From Octopus sinensis (taxonomy: Eukaryota): a stretch of DNA of 5,793 nucleotides. Positions 1 to 5,793 of this stretch are shown in pieces. The stretch lies in NCBI RefSeq assembly GCF_006345805.1, contig NW_021829864.1, forward strand, positions 1 through 5,793. The letters run 5' to 3'. Under the pieces are notes generated by a model. That model was not told the origin of the DNA and did not search any database. It saw only the letters and a program-made list of their open reading frames with translations. A program made the translations under genes and the position numbers. Numbering within the stretch: position 1 is the first letter of the stretch; every line of letters begins with the position of its first letter.

Positions 1-1097
1 CGGTGAGGGTAGAACGTCGAAGGTAGACTTGATCAGGAAAGATGTTCTTGCTTGTTCCCAAGCCCAAAGTTCCTTCCATGATATTCTGCGGTTGATCACA
101 TATTCCTCCCATCTCAGGCATTGTCAATTTTAACTGCATCGCACCAAATGTACATTTCGCCTTTCTTCTTCCTCCTTCCTCACTTCGTATACCACTGCCT
201 CTTTCATCTCATTTATACTGCTCTTGCAAAATGGCCTGAAATTTTGCGACCCTAGGCTGGTTGTAGCTTCTTGCGTCGCTCCGACTATATCTGCGTGCTT
301 TAGTTTTCCAATAACCCTGTTTACTGCCTCTTCCGCCTTCCATTTCCTCCCTTATCGTACCTTTGGAGGGTTTTCCCGGATGCTCTGATCTTTTGAATAC
401 CTTAGCATCATTACTGTCCTTGCCTTTCCTGCCCTTTATACTTCGGCGATTGATGTTATTGTTAATTGCAGCACGGCTTTTCCATATGTAGTTGTATTCA
501 GTGGTTTCGGCAGACCAAGCCATTTTCTGAAAAACACACTGCATCTTTGTTGCATCCTTTCTGCTCTATTGAGGCTATTTCGTACATTTGCAATGGCCTC
601 ATTATTCTTGGGTACAGCCCAAATTGCAGTATCCAACATTTGAATTTTCCCGGCAACGTTGTTCTGTCAATTGCATTTAATCCTTATTCTACTAACTCGT
701 GCGTTTCTTGCCCTTGCTTCTTATCATTTAATAAATCTCTATACCATCTGCCGAGACTCTTTACTGGTTGTTCTTTAACCGTTGGTATGTCTTCACTTCC
801 TATCCTAAATTTCACTTCTTGCCTTCCTTTCAAGAAAGCCACGCTTCGAGAGTTTTTGGCTTTGAATTACATCCTTGCCCATCCAATCAGCTCGTCCAAC
901 CGCTCTACCGTTCCCTCTGCTTCTTCTCTACACTCTGATAATATAGTTATGTCGTCCATAAAAGCCCTTAATGGTGTCTTAGTAACAGCTTTCTCACAGT
1001 TTGTAGATCTGAGTAGCATTTCCATGACTAGCACGAATAAGATGACTGATATCGTGCATCCGGCTGCAATACCTATTTCAAGCCGTTGCCACTCCAT
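1..1097 (-). pseudogene. Disrupted RT (C-terminal half) plus post-RT region of the HERO-like ORF
   Basis: One reconstructed frame with a single frameshift at ~571 and in-frame stops at 867-869, 684-686, 436-438, 352-354, 130-132 and 124-126. Track ORFs 867-1097 and the lower part of 436-639 are pieces of it. Confidence 0.85.
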
Positions 1098-1100
1098 AGA
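1..1100 (-). mobile_element. Decayed, 5'-truncated HERO-like (NeSL/R2-type, RLE-encoding) non-LTR retrotransposon; continues beyond the left edge
   Basis: Minus-strand hand translation gives WQRLEIGIAAGCTISVILFVLVME, LRAFMDDITIL, WARM*FKAKNSRS, PVKSLGRWY, LPGKFKCWILQFGLYPRI, FFRKWLGLP, GRKWKAEEAV and RISWKELW..FLIKSTFDVLPSP (ending at base 1). This motif order matches HERO-type RT, thumb and linker regions as I recall them. Confidence 0.85.
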
Positions 1101-1329
1101 TTCAAGGTGTTATATGCAAAATTTATATTTTTATACGACATATTTATACATTACTAAATTTTTAAATTTTTAAATGTCGGTCTTTATAGATATAAATGAG
1201 TATATGAAGATTTGTATGTATTTGGTGTTTCTGTGGATTTTGCGATGTTCCTGTAGTTGTTGCTCGCATTGCCTCCCCTCAGATAAAAAAAGGGTATACA
1301 GCTCATTAGAGCACTTCTATTTCCAGTCC

Positions 1330-1368
1330 GTTGTATATCTTGAGCGTTGTTGTCACTCAAGATATAAC
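1330..1368. repeat. Short inverted repeat (11-bp perfect stem, 11-nt loop)
   Basis: TATATCTTGAG (1334-1344) is the reverse complement of CTCAAGATATA (1356-1366). The stem extends by GT/AC across a 2-nt bulge. Confidence 0.8.
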
Positions 1369-1370
1369 TT

Positions 1371-1379
1371 TATATATAT

Positions 1380-1417
<38 letters not shown>
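1371..1417. repeat. (TA)n microsatellite with one C interruption at 1382
   Basis: Direct reading of the sequence. Confidence 0.98.
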
Positions 1418-1422
<5 letters not shown>

Positions 1423-1599
1423 TAAATATTAGGGAATAAATCCAAACTTACAGGGAAAAACAAGATTTAGGATTGAATCTAATTTTATAGTAAAATATTA
1501 TATTATATTAAGTTAGAGACAAAACCAATATTAGGCAAATCAAACAATGAAAAACTTATTATTTAAATATATAACAAAATTATTAAAAAAATATAATTA

Positions 1600-1677
1600 A
1601 TTTCACACTACGATCGTTTCATGCCTGCTAACTTCTTCAAATTTTTGAGTCGCAGTCATTCATCAGGTGGTTTAAAT
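1600..1677 (-). ncRNA. Minimal type I hammerhead ribozyme, left-arm copy (core 1606-1669; predicted cleavage after GUA, between 1609 and 1608)
   Basis: Minus strand reads CAC-CUGAUGA-AUGACUGC...GCAGGCAU-GAAA-C-GAUC-G-UA-GUG. All core nucleotides are identical to the right-arm copy. Confidence 0.8.
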
Positions 1678-1978
1678 ATCTAAAATATTATCAATATTTT
1701 TAAGATATAAATAATATATATAATATAATATTTTTACTTATAAAAAACTCTATTATGAAATATGATTATATCGAAATCGACTATATTGTTAAATATTAAC
1801 TTTAATTTATAAGGTAGAAAACCCAGATTATGGGTTTTCTACCATATAAATTAAAGTTAATATTTAACAATATAGTCGATTTCGATATAATCATATTTAA
1901 TAATAGAGTTTATTATAAGTAAAAATATTATATTATATATATTATTTATATCTTAAAAATATTGATAATATTTTAGAT

Positions 1979-2056
1979 ATTTAAACCACCTGATGAATGA
2001 CTGCGACTCAAAAATATGATGAAGTTAGCAGGCATGAAACGATCGTAGTGTGAAAT
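1979..2056 (+). ncRNA. Minimal type I hammerhead ribozyme, right-arm copy (core 1987-2050; predicted cleavage after A2047)
   Basis: CTGATGA at 1990-1996. Stem II is ATGACTGC (1997-2004) / GCAGGCAT (2028-2035), 7 of 8 pairs. GAAA at 2036-2039. Stem III is C2040-G2045 around a GATC loop. The NUH triplet GTA is at 2045-2047. Stem I is CAC (1987-1989) / GTG (2048-2050), extendable by ATTT/AAAT. Confidence 0.8.
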
Positions 2057-2178
2057 TAATTATATTTTATTAATAATTTTGTTATATATTTAAATAATAT
2101 AAATTAATCTTATGTATTGGCTTAAGTTTTTCATTGTTTGATTTGCCTAATAGTGGTTTTGTCTCTAATATAATATGA

Positions 2179-2202
2179 TATATATATATATATATATATA
2201 TA
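2179..2202. repeat. (TA)12 microsatellite
   Basis: Direct reading of the sequence. Confidence 0.98.
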
Positions 2203-2268
2203 GCAAATAAGTAAATGAAGGAGAACAATAGTTGGTTCATCAACTTTAGGACATTAAAAATGTTAACT

Positions 2269-2284
2269 TATTTATTTATTTATT
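2269..2284. repeat. (TATT)4 short tandem repeat
   Basis: Direct reading of the sequence. Confidence 0.8.
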
Positions 2285-2300
2285 AAATTGATAATTTTAA

Positions 2301-2334
2301 TTGTTGTTGGCATCTTGTTTGTCTCGGGAGACAA
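2301..2334 (-). other. RTE 3' terminus: stem-loop plus (CAA)3 tail
   Basis: TTGTCTC (2319-2325) and GAGACAA (2328-2334) form an inverted repeat. The minus strand ends ...GATGCCAACAACAA. A 3' stem-loop followed by a short tandem-repeat tail is typical of RTE ends. Confidence 0.75.
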
Positions 2335-2368
2335 TGGAGTTGCGCATAAAATAATCTAGTCCGGCTTT

Positions 2369-5300
2369 TTACATTTCATGTCCTATACATTTCCTGCTAT
2401 GGCTGTGTAGTCCTATCCTGGACAAACACTCACTCTGGCAGGTGCCGCAAATGTAGCGAAGACTTTGCCTGGCTGGTTGTAATGTCATAGTTTCTTGTTG
2501 ACGTCTTTTCTTGTCTTTCCATTTCTCCTCTTTTCCTCTGTCACTCCTTTGTATTCCCTCTTTTACGGAACGTCTCCAATCTCCACGTTTGCTGGCAACT
2601 ACTTCCCAGTTGCTAATATTAATGTTTCAGGCCTTCATGTCCCTTTGACAAACATACTTGTATCGTAAGAACGGTCTACCAGCAGACCTTGTGCACCTAG
2701 TAAGCGCTCTGTAGAATATGACCTTGGGGAATCTGCCATCTCCCATACGGCTAACATGTCCAAGCCATCTCATAAGTCTTTGTGTGAGGAGTCCAAACAT
2801 GCTTAGTATTCCTGCTTGCTTGAGGACATCTTTGTTGGGGACATGATTCTGCTATTTGATGCGAAGGCTTTTCCAGAGGCAGCGCAGGTGAAAGTTATTT
2901 AGGCGACGGTCTTGGCGTGTGAATAGCGTGCAAGTCTCACTTCCATACAGTAGAGTGCTAAGTACACATGCCTGGTAAATCTTCATTTTTGTGTTCTTGG
3001 TCAGCTTAATGTTGACCCATGCTCGTTTCGAGAGTTTGGCCATCACAGCAGCTGCCTTGCCAATGCGTATATTGAGCTCAACATCAAGGGATAGGTTGTA
3101 GGTGACGGTAGAGCCAAGATAGGTAAACGTCTCCACCTCCTGTAATCTGTGGTCTCCAATATGTATGTTTCGGATGTCCGGTGTAGCCCAAAACATGATG
3201 TTGGTCTTCTTGAAGCTGATAGCTAATCCAAAGTCGTTACATGCCTGCTCAAAACAGTTGATGAGCCTTTCTAGGGCTTCTTCTGTGCGTGATACCAAAG
3301 CGGCATCATCAGCAAATAGCATCTCCTTGAGCAGGACGCTTCTGATTTTGGTCTTGCCACGCAGGCGCGAGAGATTGAACAGTTTCCCGTCACTTCTACT
3401 CTGCAGAAACACTCCATCATCTGATGTCTGAAAGGCATGTGAGAGCAGCAGCGAGAAGAAGATGCCAAATAATGTAGGAACAAGGACACAACCTTGCTTT
3501 ACTCCGTTTTTATTTGGAATGCGGCTGTTGTTGAACCATTGTGCTGTATGGTGCCTTGCATATCATCATGGAAAGATTTGATGAATCTCAGCAGCTTTGG
3601 TGGACATCCGATTTTTTGGAGCAGGATGAAGAGGCCTTTTCTACTTACCAATGAAGGCGATATGTAATGGCATTTTCTGCTCTCTGGACTTCTCCTGAAG
3701 TTGGCGTATGGAGAATATCATGTCAATAGTTGATCTGCTCCTTCTAAAGCCACACAGCAATTTCGGATGAATTCGAGAAGCAAGCAGTTGTACCCTGGGC
3801 AGGATAATGTGAGCAAAGGTCTTTCCAACAGTGCGTAGAAGAGATATTCCACGATAATTGTTACAATCACCACAGTCACCTTTGTTTTTGTAAAGCGTAA
3901 TGATGTTAGCATCCCGCATATCTTGAGGAACTGTACCCTCATCCCAGCACTGACACAGAAGCTCATGATGGTGCCGAAGCAGGATGGTGTTTTTGCCGGC
4001 TTTGATGATCTCTGAGTGGATGCCGTCTTTTCCCGGAGACTTGTTACTTGCTAGGGAGTCAATAGCCTTGGTGAGCTCTGCTATAGATGGTGGACTGTGA
4101 AGTTCTCACATGACTGGCAAGATCTTGACACTCTCGATTGCAGCCTCAGCTACCGTGGTCTCCCATGAGTAGAGATCCTGGTAGTACTCCACCTATCTAT
4201 CCATTTTCTTGCTTTGGTCCTTGATGAGATATCCAGTAGTTGATTTCAGAGGGGCTGACTTGGTTGCGGATGGACCGAGGGTCCTTCTTTAAACCGGCAT
4301 ACATCCCACGGGTGTGGCCACTCTCAGCAGCTGACTGGATACTCTGACAGATTTCCTGCCAATACCTATTTGCACAGCATCTGGCTGTCAGTTGGGTTAT
4401 ATTTTTTGCCTTTCTGAGTTCTTCGAGTGATTTTGTAGAAGAATCACTCTTGTATTGCATCAGAGCTGCACGCTTTGCTTTGATAACTGGTTCCAGCTCT
4501 GAGAGCCCAGCACTGGACAAAATCTGATTTTTGACTTTCTCTCATGCTGAAAGTATCTATTGATGAGGTATACAAACCTTCTCTAAAATAATTCCACCTA
4601 ATTTCAGCAAAGGGGGTTGGGCAGCTACTGAGGGCACCTTGATAGAAACAGCAAAACATTTTCGCTGTGTAGGATCCGAGCTTCTGGCAGTGTTAATGCG
4701 TGGTCGGCCCATGTTCTTGGAGTCATGGACTTTTTTAGGCAGGATCCTCACCCTGCTTCCAATTAGTGAGTGATCTGTGTGGTAACTACGGGTCAGGTGA
4801 ACAGAATTCAGAAAGGATCTTCGTGTAATGATGAGATCCATCTGATGCCTGTGGTGAGATCTTGGATGTCTCCAAGATGCCTTGTGGGATGTCTTGTTGG
4901 CAAAGAATGTGTTGGTGATGCACAGGTTATGGAATGTGCAAATTTCATGTAGTCTCTGACCATTGTCATTCATGTTGCCAATATCAGGGTGTCCAACACA
5001 AATTTGCCACGAATCTCCTAGAAGGTAGATGTTTTCATGTGTTGCTCTATTTTTAATGACACAGTTGAAATCTTCGTAGAACTGGTCCTTGGTCTCCTCT
5101 GGGCTATAGAGAGTGGGAGCATAGATGCTCAGTAGATGTACTGAACCAGAAGAAGTCGAGAGGCGCAGTGAGAGGATACGCTCAGTGTCTCCTGATGGTG
5201 GTTCTATTGAGGAGAGTAATGAGTTTCTCACTGCAAAGCCAACGCCATGCTGACCAGGTTCTTCTAGATCGCTTCCCTGCCAAAAGAAGGAGAAATCCTG

Positions 5301-5483
5301 TTCTTCGAGTTTGCCATTTGAGGGAAGTCTTGGCTCCTGCAGCCCAGCAATGACTATGTTAAGCCTCTTTAGTTCACGGTCAATGATGGCTGTCTTTCTT
5401 GTGTCTTCAACCCTGAGTAGATCATCAGATATGCCAGGGCACATGGTCCTGACATTCAAGCTTGCTAACCGCAGGATTGGTGG
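2369..5483 (-). pseudogene. Disrupted RTE polyprotein (AP-like endonuclease + reverse transcriptase)
   Basis: APE (~5470-4760): LNVRTM, GLQEPR, HGVGFAV, IYAPT, YLLGD, QMDLII, TDHSL. RT (~3920-2990): NYRGISLL, CGFRRSRSTIDMIF, GVKQGCVL, MLFADD (FADD at 3305-3316), FTYLGS. Frameshifts at ~4640, ~4522, ~4285, ~3649, ~3505 and ~2555. In-frame stops at 4193-4195, 4106-4108, 2852-2854 and 2627-2629. Natural stop TAA at 2369-2371. Confidence 0.93.
2387..2449 (-). other. C-terminal Cys/His (zinc-finger-like) motif of the RTE ORF
   Basis: Translates to CGTCQSECLSRIGLHSHSRKC, matching the RTE C-terminal pattern CxxC...SRIGLxSHxRxC. Confidence 0.8.
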
Positions 5484-5793
5484 TTACTTGTCTTTTAGTT
5501 GTTTGTCTGGTGCAGAGGTTGCAGGCCGTTTTTCAAGTCAAACTCTTAGCTCCAAGCACCCAATGAAGCAGGCGGCCTGTGGCGGGTCAGCAACTTATTA
5601 TTATCCGAATTTATTGGAATATGAAGTGTAGGTAAATGTTTGGTGGGGGAGAGGGTGAAGGTATTTATTTAATTCAAAATGGCTTGAAATAGGTATAAAT
5701 GCAAATAAGAATTTTCTTAGACACATTCTTATCTATTTTGTAGAAATTTTATACGTGATTATAGTTCATGTGTATTAGTTGATGCCAGCATGA

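Larger units (their letters stand above)
1418..2181. mobile_element. Probable non-autonomous Penelope-like/retrozyme-type element as a head-to-head inverted pair
   Basis: Each arm has a minimal type I hammerhead with a palindromic stem III loop, the form known from Penelope-like element pseudo-LTRs and animal retrozymes. There is no coding capacity and both ends abut (TA)n. The family assignment is inference. Confidence 0.55.
1495..2181. repeat. Large AT-rich inverted repeat: arms 1495-1825 and 1831-2181, loop GATTA at 1826-1830
   Basis: Base-by-base check: position i pairs with 3656-i from 1557 to 1825, with 6 mismatches (1587, 1636, 1640, 1744, 1757, 1812). A 25-nt extra segment in the right arm (~2098-2122) shifts the register to 3681-i, with a mismatch at 1528. 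A 5-nt extra segment lies in the left arm (~1511-1515), and there is a mismatch at 1499. Confidence 0.97.
2301..5594 (-). mobile_element. Near full-length, inactivated RTE-clade non-LTR retrotransposon (LINE)
   Basis: Single-ORF layout with APE, then RT, then a C-terminal Cys/His motif. It is followed by a short 3' UTR with a stem-loop and a (CAA)3 tail (2301-2309), and preceded by ~110 nt of GC-richer leader. The 5' boundary is placed where the sequence turns AT-rich. Confidence 0.93.

Noticed and set aside
209-544. 111-aa minus-strand ORF
   Set aside because: Off-frame reading of the HERO-like ORF; the conserved motifs (RKWLGLP, GRKWKAEEAV) are in the neighbouring frame.
466-1173. 235-aa plus-strand ORF
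   Set aside because: Antisense shadow of the HERO-like RT frame; no recognisable motifs.
1227-1308. Third hammerhead-like motif on the minus strand (CTAATGAG...GAAAC)
   Set aside because: The essential G5 is A, GAAA is about 70 nt away and no stem II closes.
1175-1310. Minus-strand peptide GRQCEQQLQEHRKIHRN, loosely like the GIY-YIG 'GRxLxxRxxEH' segment
   Set aside because: No upstream YIGxT motif, a stop lies a few codons upstream, and the similarity is too weak.
1174-1422. 82-aa plus-strand ORF ending in YIYIYI
   Set aside because: Runs through the (TA)n microsatellite; low complexity and no homology cue.
1097-1481. 9-bp inverted match TAGATTCAA (1097-1105) / TTGAATCTA (1473-1481)
   Set aside because: Does not extend; plausible by chance in AT-rich DNA.
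1495-2181. Classification of the palindrome as a Tc1/mariner-type MITE or Foldback DNA transposon
   Set aside because: TA flanks would fit, but the outer ends are ragged and unequal, no defined terminal motif or clean TSD is visible, and hammerhead cores point to a retroelement origin. Not fully excluded.
3165-5631. Plus-strand ORFs 3165-3431, 4770-4952, 5168-5353, 5311-5631 and minus-strand off-frame ORFs 3271-3489, 3718-3966
   Set aside because: Antisense or alternative-frame shadows of the RTE ORF.
5595-5793. Right flank as promoter or gene fragment
   Set aside because: AT-rich sequence with no supportable ORF, splice pattern or repeat structure.
1-5793. Host species assignment (the AT richness and TE mix suggest an aquatic invertebrate such as a mollusc)
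   Set aside because: Impression only; it cannot be supported without a database search.

Overview
AT-rich eukaryotic (probably invertebrate animal) non-genic DNA with no intact host gene. It holds three repeat-derived blocks. (1) 1-~1100, minus strand: a decayed, 5'-truncated HERO-like non-LTR retrotransposon (restriction-like-endonuclease group) that runs off the left edge. (2) ~1495-2181: a ~690-bp, ~97% perfect inverted repeat with a 5-nt loop (GATTA, 1826-1830), bracketed by (TA)n microsatellites. Each arm carries a complete minimal type I hammerhead ribozyme motif (CUGAUGA, stem II, GAAA, C-GAUC-G, cleavage triplet GUA), and the two point away from the centre. This is the most interesting feature and resembles a non-coding Penelope-like/retrozyme-type fold-back element. 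(3) ~2301-5594, minus strand: a near full-length but dead RTE-clade LINE with APE endonuclease, RT, C-terminal Cys/His motif, 3' stem-loop and (CAA)n tail. All family calls rest on hand translation and recalled motifs; no database search or folding program was run.
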